Origin: an uncultured Candidatus Saccharibacteria bacterium
GTDB taxonomy: Bacteria; Patescibacteriota; Minisyncoccia; Phycocordibacterales; UBA1006
Length of the DNA: 64,000 nt
Assembly (NCBI GenBank): GCA_964601935.1
Contig: CAZROP010000001.1
Span: 185,867-249,866 of the forward strand
Direction: 5' to 3'
In this document: positions 9,695 through 17,927 of the stretch, piece by piece
How the letters are laid out: the number at the start of each line of letters is the position of its first letter
Numbering within the stretch: the first letter of the stretch is position 1
Notes under the pieces: generated by a model
Told to the model about the DNA's origin: nothing
The model's database searches: none
What the model saw: the letters and a program-made list of their open reading frames with translations, nothing else
Program-made: the position numbers and the translations under genes

Positions 9695-10240
9695 CTACTT
9701 GTTTGTATCACTGATTCGGCCCAGTAGCAACTCAAGCGAATCGTTTGGCGTAAATATGATCGGATTCTCGCTCTCGGTGGGACGCTCAAACTTGTGAGTA
9801 TCAGTCTCCATCCATTCTGACGGCACATCGTGGCGAGTTTTGTTGAGTTTATTTTGCAATTTCCGCTCCCTTAACACCTCGAATGGAGTATCTACAAAAA
9901 TAAGTACCGTGTTCACTCCAGCCTTTGACGCAATACTCCTGAGCTCGTTACGTTGCTCCACATAAAAGCAATTATCATCAATAATGACCGAATCTCCTAA
10001 TAGGAGTTTATTTTTTACACCCTGAATCAGGAGTTGCCACAATGCACCTCTCCAAATAGCATCATCATCTTCATCAGGTGTAGATTCAAGTTCTAATGAT
10101 TGTTCGATCGCAAAATATATATCATCTCGACCAATTATTGGTATATTTAGAGTCTCAGCTAATTTCTTTGAAAGAGTCGATTTTCCAGAAAATGACTCTC
10201 CACAGAGAATAATCAATTTTTGTTTACTTGTAGAGTTCAT
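9695..10240 (-). CDS. P-loop ATP-binding protein (AAA_33 / small kinase-like)
   Basis: 181 aa with Walker A CGESFSGKST and Walker B-like VIIDDN. Confidence 0.65.
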   Translation of the reverse strand: MNSTSKQKLIILCGESFSGKSTLSKKLAETLNIPIIGRDDIYFAIEQSLELESTPDEDDDAIWRGALWQLLIQGVKNKLLLGDSVIIDDNCFYVEQRNELRSIASKAGVNTVLIFVDTPFEVLRERKLQNKLNKTRHDVPSEWMETDTHKFERPTESENPIIFTPNDSLELLLGRISDTNK

Positions 10241-10253
10241 AATATTTATAGTG

Positions 10254-10949
10254 TTAGCAAAAGGTTTCTAGTAATCTATTCCAAAGCTTTTCAATGTCTT
10301 TCTCTTCATTCCAAATGTCTTCAATTTGTTTTCTCAATTCTTGGTGCTGCGGATAACCGATATCAGGATTACGTCTGAACGTATCTGGAAACTCGATATT
10401 GAGCAGAACAGTCAGCGCTTCTTTGAGGTCATTGTATCTTTGTTTGCCCATAATCTTTTCATGGATGACGCCGAATTTGTACCACGTATAAAAATGCCAC
10501 AACTCGTGCATTATTATCCTATTTGGTATAGGCGAAGATATCGTCACAAAAAAGCTATTATTCTCGATATTGTATGGGCAACGATTATTTACCGTCAAAA
10601 ATACCGTAATATCCTTTGGTAAAATAACACCAAAAATACCCTCAGCTTTTGCCTGGTAGTTATCTCGTACAGACAACCAGTCGCTTTCACATTTCGCCAA
10701 TTTCTCATCGACATTGATTGCATTATCTTTCAGATATTCTACTACGAAATCATTGATCTGTTTTTCTGTTGGACTATCTCCATATTCTGTTACCAGTTTT
10801 TCGTATACCTGTGTGGGTGTTTTTGAATTATTCGAACTAGCCCCATAGTTTATGAGACACCAAACATCTCTATCCTTTTCATAGACAAAATTAAGTTTCA
10901 AAGGATTGCCCTCGAAACTCACTCCTGACACTGTTTCGAGAAATTCCAT
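10254..10949 (-). CDS. hypothetical protein with an HExxH motif (putative metallopeptidase-like)
   Basis: 231-aa ORF. MHELWHF is the only recognisable motif. Confidence 0.4.
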   Translation of the reverse strand: MEFLETVSGVSFEGNPLKLNFVYEKDRDVWCLINYGASSNNSKTPTQVYEKLVTEYGDSPTEKQINDFVVEYLKDNAINVDEKLAKCESDWLSVRDNYQAKAEGIFGVILPKDITVFLTVNNRCPYNIENNSFFVTISSPIPNRIIMHELWHFYTWYKFGVIHEKIMGKQRYNDLKEALTVLLNIEFPDTFRRNPDIGYPQHQELRKQIEDIWNEEKDIEKLWNRLLETFC

Positions 10950-10953
10950 AATG

Positions 10954-11026
10954 GGTGACCACAGGGAATCGAACCCTGATCAGAGGTACCACAAACCTCT
11001 GTGTTAACCGTTACACCATGGCCACC
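10954..11026 (-). tRNA. tRNA-His (anticodon GUG) with encoded G-1
   Basis: Minus-strand cloverleaf: g(-1)+gtggcca / tggtcac acceptor, anticodon loop ttGTGgt, T arm caggg-ttcgatt-ccctg, discriminator C. Confidence 0.9.
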
Positions 11027-11142
11027 ATGACTACCCATTACAGGCATCAACCAGCAATATACCATACCCCGTTAGGGATTACCATACATCTATCGGTCCA
11101 TACGACGCCTGCTATCGATAACGCCCAACCCAGGCTTGTTCT

Positions 11143-12363
11143 TTATTCTGAAGAATTACCTTTCGCTACAATACCCTCCTGGTATTCATAACAGTATTTC
11201 AGGACCATCACCCATGCAATAATAATTGCTACAAAAATCAATATAAATGGCGCACGTATCCCAAATAACGAGGTAATACCCAGTAACAATGGACAGGCTG
11301 CGGCAGCCAATGCTGTATAGGCAGAGTCTACTCCTGATATATATCCCAATCCGTACTTGGTACCATAACTACTAATCATACTGACGCGATTCGCCATAGT
11401 CAGCCCATTCCATAAACAAAACCAGGCTAATGCTATATACAGATACTCTCGTGGAACAAATGCTAGTAGTACCGCTGCTAACGCAAATAGCGGCATAACA
11501 TGCTGCAAAACACGCCTGGGACGGATAAACTGTGCAACATATCTGACCACCAACCCCTGAACAACAGCGATACATACACCAGTGAACACAAAGGTATATC
11601 CCACTTCACGAACAGTCATACCAAAGTTAGTGTACAGATACAGCGACCAGTAGGTAGTGAATACTCCGAAACCTGCCACATATAGTACGCTGACGAGAAT
11701 ATGCGGAATCAGTTCGCGCTCTAGTCTGGGCAGTAACTTTGGTTTTATAGATTTGGTTGTATCCAAATTGGTGTTGGTTTCCCGGAAGAACCCTATAGTG
11801 ACCACCACCGACAGGAACGATAGCATAGCTGCAAATACGAGCGTGGATGACTCCATGGATAGGCCAAAGAGGTTAATACCGGCTCCCCCTACCAATGGAC
11901 CAATGACCATTCCAATACCGAACAAGGCCCCGACAATACCCAGTGCCTGTGTGCGCTTTTCAGGCTCTGCAATATCCAGCAAGGCTGCGCGTGCCACTGC
12001 AATATTTCCCGCTGTTCCACCATCAATAATACGTCCTACCGCTAGCAATAGTAATGATGATGCCTGCAAACCTATAATACTAAGGCCGTATCCAAGCACT
12101 GATCCACAGAAGGCAACCACTAGTACCCACTTCCGCCCTAATCTATCTGACAAGGTACCTAGAAATGGCGCCGAGAAGAATGCGCCGATAGGATGAAAGC
12201 CAATGACCAGGCTATACCAGATAATGGTGTTAATTTGCGTGTTGGTGCTAATAACAGGCAGGGTCATGGACTGGAATATAGCGGGTAGTACCGGGATCAA
12301 AATACCCAGAGACATTACATCTAATAAGATAATACCCAACAATATGGCCTTGTTACGTGTCAT
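11143..12363 (-). CDS. MFS transporter
   Basis: 406 aa with ~12 hydrophobic spans and the MFS loop motif GTLSDRLGRKWVL. Confidence 0.85.
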   Translation of the reverse strand: MTRNKAILLGIILLDVMSLGILIPVLPAIFQSMTLPVISTNTQINTIIWYSLVIGFHPIGAFFSAPFLGTLSDRLGRKWVLVVAFCGSVLGYGLSIIGLQASSLLLLAVGRIIDGGTAGNIAVARAALLDIAEPEKRTQALGIVGALFGIGMVIGPLVGGAGINLFGLSMESSTLVFAAMLSFLSVVVTIGFFRETNTNLDTTKSIKPKLLPRLERELIPHILVSVLYVAGFGVFTTYWSLYLYTNFGMTVREVGYTFVFTGVCIAVVQGLVVRYVAQFIRPRRVLQHVMPLFALAAVLLAFVPREYLYIALAWFCLWNGLTMANRVSMISSYGTKYGLGYISGVDSAYTALAAAACPLLLGITSLFGIRAPFILIFVAIIIAWVMVLKYCYEYQEGIVAKGNSSE

Positions 12364-12451
12364 AAATTATGCGAATAGTATACCATATGAGTGGTTTTAA
12401 TAATATGAGTATTGCCTAAAATATTGCCAAATAGCAGGTCAAATACTACAA

Positions 12452-13147
12452 TTGAATATCTGCCCAAGACCCTTCTCTAGCTCTATGAAAAATCAAATCA
12501 CACAAGTTCTACCCCGTAGCGCATGGGAAAAGGTCATAATTCAAGAAAACAACGAACCGCTGGTTGAAATGAAAGAAATTGATCGTCTAAAAATAGGATT
12601 GGTTTCAAAGTCGTATACACCTTCATTTTTCGTCCGCCAAACTGTTGCGGAAAAACTATATAGGGTTTCTGAGACGCTGCCTCAAGAAATGCATCTCGTT
12701 CTAATCGAAGGATACCGAACTATGCAAGCTCAGCAATCAGAGTGGAATAGAGTCTTCCAAGAATTGCAGCAAGAAAACCCAACATGGACACACGATCAAA
12801 TTGAATTTCAAGTACGACAATATGTTGCCAAACCCGCACCACTTGCAAATCATCACTGTGGCGGTGCTATTGATGTGACTCTTTGCTATAGTAACGGCGT
12901 GCTGCTGGATATGGGATCCTCCTATATTTCCGAAGCCCCGATCACGGATAAGGTTAGATTTCCTATGTTCTCTAGCGAGATTACAAAAGAGCAGCATATG
13001 AATCGTAAGATACTGAGAGACGCCATGGAGTCCGAAGACTTTATCTGGTATCCAGGAGAATGGTGGCACTACTGCTGGGGCGATAGAATGTGGGCAGTCT
13101 ACTCTAATCAAATAGAGTGTTATTACGGCCCCGCCTATTTAGAATAG
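12452..13147 (+). CDS. D-Ala-D-Ala dipeptidase (VanX/DdpX, peptidase M15D)
   Basis: Motifs are LIEGYRTMQAQ, HHCGGAIDVTL and EWWHY. The ORF starts at TTG, so the true start may be the ATG at 12485 (MKNQ...). Confidence 0.8.
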   Translation: MNICPRPFSSSMKNQITQVLPRSAWEKVIIQENNEPLVEMKEIDRLKIGLVSKSYTPSFFVRQTVAEKLYRVSETLPQEMHLVLIEGYRTMQAQQSEWNRVFQELQQENPTWTHDQIEFQVRQYVAKPAPLANHHCGGAIDVTLCYSNGVLLDMGSSYISEAPITDKVRFPMFSSEITKEQHMNRKILRDAMESEDFIWYPGEWWHYCWGDRMWAVYSNQIECYYGPAYLE

Positions 13148-13202
13148 TAACGTATCTAAAAAACCGACAACTTATCAGTCATCGGTTTTTGTTTTGTCGA
13201 TG

Positions 13203-13286
13203 TGCGCAAGAGAGGACTTGAACCTCCAAGGGATTGCTCCCGCTACCACCTCAAGGTAGTGCGTCTACCAGTTTCGCCACCTGCGC
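13203..13286 (-). tRNA. tRNA-Leu (anticodon GAG), class II with long variable arm
   Basis: Minus-strand fold: acceptor gcgcagg/cttgcgc, anticodon stem ctacc/ggtag with loop ttGAGgt, long variable arm, T arm ggagg-ttcaagt-cctct. Confidence 0.9.
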
Positions 13287-13369
13287 AGGCGTGCACACTA
13301 TATCAGAAAGACAATCTCTATACAATAGAATACAAAAATACCCCCGATTTGGGAGTATTTTTCGAAGAA

Positions 13370-13801
13370 CTATTCTGCTGATTCTGCCAGAGCCAATTCT
13401 GCCTCTGCTGCTAATTCCTTTTTAGATTTGGTATCAGCAACAAATGATACGAAATTGCGCATTTTGCGACGAATTTCGCGAGCAACCTTGGTACGGATGT
13501 AGTACAGTTTGCTACGGCGTACTACAGAACGCTTTACGACAGTGAATGATTCAATAGTTGTAGAATAGAGAGGAAATACACGCTCTACTCCGACACCATG
13601 TGAAATCTTGCGAACCGTGATGGTTGCGCCTGCCTCGCGGCCATGTTTGCGAGCTATGATAATACCTTCGAACGCCTGAAGACGGAAATTACCTCCTTTT
13701 TCTGGTACTTTTACCTGTACGCGAACAGTATCGCCCACACGAATATCCAGAGAAGCGCGCGCCTGTACTGATTCTGGCAAGTGAGTAATACTCGATGTCA
13801 T
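13370..13801 (-). CDS. rplS: 50S ribosomal protein L19 with a C-terminal extension
   Basis: 143 aa with [59 protein letters not shown]. Confidence 0.95.
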   Translation of the reverse strand: MTSSITHLPESVQARASLDIRVGDTVRVQVKVPEKGGNFRLQAFEGIIIARKHGREAGATITVRKISHGVGVERVFPLYSTTIESFTVVKRSVVRRSKLYYIRTKVAREIRRKMRNFVSFVADTKSKKELAAEAELALAESAE

Positions 13802-14062
13802 ATAGGACCAAAACTACCACAGAACAGGCGGTAATGCAAGAAATCTACGATGAACCCTGGAACTAATCAAATACCCTCTTCGCAAGAAAAGTGAGAAGTT
13901 TTTATAGGAAAACTTGCATACTTTCGAGAAAAGCGGCTCGCTCCGGTGCAGGCGAGAATGTGTGGGTTTTGATTAGCTCCGGGGTTTAAATTCGTAATAA
14001 ACGAGAGTATTATCGACCAATACAATTCTATACTGTTACTGTCCTATGATATACTACGCATT

Positions 14063-14635
14063 ATGATAGGATTTATTGCTGGCACCGTCCATTTTGTGCA
14101 TCCACGGATCAAATTGATAACTATTCTGACTACTGCTGGTATCGGCTACAACGTGCATGTACCCAATCAGGAATTCTATACCATAGGTGACTATGTCGAG
14201 CTGTATACCATCACCATAGTCCGTGAGGACGTACTCGACCTATATGGATTCGCATCCACCGAGGAGCGCGAGTTATGCGAACTCCTGATGAGTGTCAGTG
14301 GTGTTGGGCCCAAAACAGCTCTGAATATTACCAATAGCACTACCCCATCCCTGCTGGTTGATGCATTACGGACCAAAAATAGCACATTTATAGCAACACT
14401 GCCCGGTATCGGCAAAAAAAGCGCAGAAAAAATGATTATAGAATTACATGACAAGGTAAAGAACCTATCGTTCGAAGCAACAACATCGACCGTTCATAAT
14501 GATTTAATAGAAACACTGCTAGCAATGGGATATCAGCCGCGCGTTATCACAGAAACCATATCAGCACATGTATTCACAACAGAAACCCTCCAGGATCGTA
14601 TTCGTGAAGCCTTGGGCCTACTACAGAGAAATTAG
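14063..14635 (+). CDS. ruvA: Holliday junction DNA helicase subunit RuvA
   Basis: 190 aa. It has an MIGFIAGTV... N-terminal OB domain and HhH motifs SVSGVGPKTALNI and LPGIGKKSAEKMIIEL. Confidence 0.9.
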   Translation: MIGFIAGTVHFVHPRIKLITILTTAGIGYNVHVPNQEFYTIGDYVELYTITIVREDVLDLYGFASTEERELCELLMSVSGVGPKTALNITNSTTPSLLVDALRTKNSTFIATLPGIGKKSAEKMIIELHDKVKNLSFEATTSTVHNDLIETLLAMGYQPRVITETISAHVFTTETLQDRIREALGLLQRN

Positions 14636-14677
14636 CGAGATATTGGGTGGAATATACACTCTAATCTGAATAGACTA

Positions 14678-14974
14678 TTATCTTTGGTCCCCAATGTATG
14701 TATATGCAACTCTTTCTTCCATATTTCTAGTAAAGACCGTGACCTCAATACGTTTATATGAATTACCTTCATATATATCAATACTCTCCAAGGTGTTATC
14801 ATCGACTTCAGCCAGATAGCCACATACAATATCATAAGGATTTCCAGTATGAACCAACGAGATATAATGATAGTTAGTTGTTGTTATAGGGCTTTTACGG
14901 ATAACACATTTCCATCCGCGGACAAAAACACTCTGAATGGGTGTAATTTTAATCTTTGAAGAATCCAAAATCAA
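14678..14974 (-). CDS. gamma-glutamylcyclotransferase (AIG2/GGACT)-like protein, N-terminally short or truncated
   Basis: 98 aa. GYLAEVDDNTLESIDIYEGNSYKRIEVTV matches the family core, but the usual N-terminal YGTL motif is absent. Confidence 0.4.
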   Translation of the reverse strand: MILDSSKIKITPIQSVFVRGWKCVIRKSPITTTNYHYISLVHTGNPYDIVCGYLAEVDDNTLESIDIYEGNSYKRIEVTVFTRNMEERVAYTYIGDQR

Positions 14975-15010
14975 ACTACCCTAGGTAAATAAGTACATAT
15001 AACCAAGAAG

Positions 15011-16270
15011 CTACTCCAACCATTTTAACGTACCAGCAATGTCGTGTACCACCTCTGTCAATTCGGTACGCATTTTACATGCATAACCACCAGATTCTAT
15101 AGATTTAGGACTTATCACAATACGATACGGCATACCCATCAAATCTGCATCAGCCAGCTTCTGCCCTGCTCCTGCGTCACGATCATCTAGAATATAATCG
15201 ATAGCCATACTACGAAGATTATCTGTCAAAAGAGCTGTGTATTCTAATACACTCTCGTCCTCTGACATAAGTGCAACAATATGCACTGTATAAGGCGCAA
15301 TAGCACGTGGCCATACTAGTCCTTTATCATCAGACAGCAGTTCAGCAATAGCGCCGACGAGGCGGCTGACACCGATACCGTAACAACCCGCTATTATTGA
15401 CTGTTTTTCACCTTTTTCATCCGTGTAGTAGACATTCAGAGCATCAGTAAATCTACTCTCCAAAGGAAAGATATTTCCCACCTCGATAGCACGCTCTTCG
15501 GTTAATTCATCTGCTTTCCATCCTAATTTTTCAAGTATCTCATCATTGTATACCTCTTTGTTGATAGCACGACCGCTCGGGTGTACATAGATAGTATCTT
15601 CTCCAACAGGAGATAGTGTTTGATATTCATCACTAAAGCGTGTAGTAAATATTCCACCATCTGCATAGGTACGAATAGTTTTATCACCAATACCCAGACG
15701 ATTATATACACGTGTATATGCTGCAGCGATTAATTCATACAATTCCTCGTGCTCTTCCTGAGTACGTGAGAATGAATACATGTCCTTCATAACAAACTCA
15801 CGTCCGCGCAAGATTCCACTTTTGGCACGTAATTCATTGCGAAACTTGTTTTGAATCTGATACACCGAAAATGGTAAATCACGGTACGATGATACGTAAC
15901 TACTGATTGCGTCTACAATAGGTTCTTCATGGGTCAGCCCCATTCCCAACTCTGTACCATTGTTCAGCGTTGTTTTGAACCAATTATCTACCTTTGTGTC
16001 GTCCCATCGATCGGTAAGCTCAAAGATATCCTTTGACAACAATGTCGTCATGAATAATTCCTGGCCACCCACAGCGTTCATCTCTTCGCGGATTATAGTT
16101 TTTATCTTTTCCAGCACACGAAATCCGAGCGGCAGAAAAGCATATACCCCAGCAAGAACCTTGTGAATATACCCAGCACGTATCAATAATTGAGCGTTTC
16201 TGGATTGTTCATCTGCGGGAACCTCTTTGCGGGTTTTTGTGAATAATTGGGACATGCGGATATGACTCAT
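15011..16270 (-). CDS. proS: prolyl-tRNA synthetase (short form without the INS editing domain)
   Basis: 419 aa. It has MSQLFTKTRKEVPADEQSRNAQLLIRAGYI..., class II motifs (FRNELRAKSGILRGREF, GCYGIGVSRL) and a C-terminal anticodon-binding domain. Confidence 0.92.
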   Translation of the reverse strand: MSHIRMSQLFTKTRKEVPADEQSRNAQLLIRAGYIHKVLAGVYAFLPLGFRVLEKIKTIIREEMNAVGGQELFMTTLLSKDIFELTDRWDDTKVDNWFKTTLNNGTELGMGLTHEEPIVDAISSYVSSYRDLPFSVYQIQNKFRNELRAKSGILRGREFVMKDMYSFSRTQEEHEELYELIAAAYTRVYNRLGIGDKTIRTYADGGIFTTRFSDEYQTLSPVGEDTIYVHPSGRAINKEVYNDEILEKLGWKADELTEERAIEVGNIFPLESRFTDALNVYYTDEKGEKQSIIAGCYGIGVSRLVGAIAELLSDDKGLVWPRAIAPYTVHIVALMSEDESVLEYTALLTDNLRSMAIDYILDDRDAGAGQKLADADLMGMPYRIVISPKSIESGGYACKMRTELTEVVHDIAGTLKWLE

Positions 16271-16323
16271 ATGCGTGCATTATAGCATATATATGAATTT
16301 CCCCCACTTTTACAAAAAAAGTA

Positions 16324-16932
16324 CTATCTGTTGTCTTTTATATGAGTACAGTATCCTTCCTGCTGTTTTTTGCCGATCTGTGACCCCATAATCATAACAA
16401 AACCTTTTTTGACCTGCTCCCAGCGGTATACTAAAATATCGCATCCATCAGCTGTATCGTACTGCACGATGGAATGATTTTCCTTATCAAGGAAATAATT
16501 TGCTGTTGAGCTCTTTGTAAGGGTTAGCACCGTGCTCTGCCCTACAGAATCCTCTAACTTCATATAGCGGCGAGCCTCTGTAATAGAGTTATTTTCTCCC
16601 TGCATGAACATAACAAACTGATCTTTGCGATCGGTAGCATATACCCCTTCTGGAACACCATCACCCGTAATATCGAATGTATGTACTGGAGTTAATTTGG
16701 ATAGCTTTATTTTTAACTCTTCTGCTCTGGTACCCACCTTATCTTTCTCCTTTTCTATAAAGAATGTATTTTCTGTTAGAGGAATAGGAAACTTTTCATT
16801 ATCACTAGGTCCATTAGTTTTTTTAGAAGAGAGGGCGTAAAATGCAGCAACACCCACTACAACAACCGCTACACATAGTAAAGCTATTTTTTTCATTTTA
16901 TCATCACTACTCCATTTCTTATTCTTCTTCAT
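16324..16932 (-). CDS. membrane-anchored hypothetical protein
   Basis: 202-aa ORF with an N-terminal TM (IALLCVAVVVVGVAAFYAL). Confidence 0.45.
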   Translation of the reverse strand: MKKNKKWSSDDKMKKIALLCVAVVVVGVAAFYALSSKKTNGPSDNEKFPIPLTENTFFIEKEKDKVGTRAEELKIKLSKLTPVHTFDITGDGVPEGVYATDRKDQFVMFMQGENNSITEARRYMKLEDSVGQSTVLTLTKSSTANYFLDKENHSIVQYDTADGCDILVYRWEQVKKGFVMIMGSQIGKKQQEGYCTHIKDNR

Positions 16933-17016
16933 ATATAATTCTATTGTATAGAGATTGATGCACTATTCAATCATGTCTGTGGATAGAGGTTCTAAGTTTC
17001 TTGGTTATACCAGAAT

Positions 17017-17047
17017 AAAAGCCTTACTGCATCGCAGTAAGGCTTTT
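17017..17047 (-). terminator. hairpin terminator downstream of the 17067..17927 gene
   Basis: aaaagccttactgc / atc / gcagtaaggctttt forms a perfect 14-bp stem. Confidence 0.7.
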
Positions 17048-17066
17048 CTTAAAGTATCTACATACA

Positions 17067-17927
17067 CTACAGCGTGCAGAGAACGTACAGATTGAATGCT
17101 TGTGGATCCAGTGTCCAGGTAGCGACTACCTTCAGATTCACCATATGAATCTTCCAATTACGCTGTATGCCTGCCTGGATCTTCCATATATTAGGACCTT
17201 CTTTTTGATAAAAGCATCCTACGTCGGCAAATATCCTGTAGTCTTTCAATCCCGGAGCTGGTGCAGATATGAACACTCCTACCTCGCTATTTTTCGCCGA
17301 AATAAGTGCGAAAAATCTCTTATCTTCATACTGCATCGCGTATCCCCAACCAATAACTGTATCAGGTCGTACCCAGCCTGCGAATGTAAACCGGTTCCAT
17401 ACTGATATGACGTTGCGACCGAACTGACCTGCAAGATGGTATTCGGGCTTGAAGTTACGCAAGTGTACTCCTCCTAACACCCTGCCCGCTGAGTATTGAT
17501 ATTGTGCTCGCAGACCGGGAGCTTTCCCGGTAATCCGACTTTGTGCGGTTACTTCGAATTGACCACTACCTGTTACAGGCAACGGTCGCAACAGTGCAGC
17601 CGCAGGTGATGGAATATCCCCCAGGCTAAATGTCCAATGTGCATTGGGTTTCCAGTTAATACCCAGACTCAACGCTGGTTGCACACCCGAATCCCAGTAA
17701 CCCCAACCAGCCAGCAACACGTTGCCACCTAGCGACACCTCAAATCCGATACCAATTCTAATATCCCCAACTGTGGAGTTTTTGGTAGTGTCGAGCCGGT
17801 ATTGGTTCCCACCCAGAATACCAGCATATATATCAAGCTTCTTCCCCAAGGTATCAATAACAGTCAGTTGCGCGATTGCTGTATACCCTAGGCATACGCA
17901 AAGAATAGAAGAAATGATACTTTTCAT
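17067..17927 (-). CDS. secreted beta-strand-rich protein (porin/OMP-like pattern), unknown function
   Basis: 286 aa with the signal MKSIISSILCVCLGYTAIA-Q. The body is rich in Gly and aromatics with alternating hydrophobicity. Confidence 0.5.
   Translation of the reverse strand: MKSIISSILCVCLGYTAIAQLTVIDTLGKKLDIYAGILGGNQYRLDTTKNSTVGDIRIGIGFEVSLGGNVLLAGWGYWDSGVQPALSLGINWKPNAHWTFSLGDIPSPAAALLRPLPVTGSGQFEVTAQSRITGKAPGLRAQYQYSAGRVLGGVHLRNFKPEYHLAGQFGRNVISVWNRFTFAGWVRPDTVIGWGYAMQYEDKRFFALISAKNSEVGVFISAPAPGLKDYRIFADVGCFYQKEGPNIWKIQAGIQRNWKIHMVNLKVVATWTLDPQAFNLYVLCTL

Noticed and set aside
9637-9828. 63-aa ORF overlapping the 3' end of the kinase-like gene and the UDG start region.
   Set aside because: It is out of frame and overlaps two better-supported genes, and its basic composition is arbitrary.
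11657-12196. 179-aa plus-strand ORF, with similar antisense ORFs at 4060..4446, 22325..22717, 53991..54578, 58466..58810 and 49843..50235.
   Set aside because: Each lies entirely antisense inside a longer ORF with clear family motifs or strong membrane-protein character. Their Ser/Thr/Pro/Arg-rich composition is typical of shadow frames.
17854-17927. Programmed frameshift or fusion joining the 384-aa and 286-aa ORFs.
   Set aside because: The downstream ORF starts with a complete signal peptide at its own ATG. I found no slippery heptamer at the junction. The overlap more likely reflects an extended tail or a mis-called stop.
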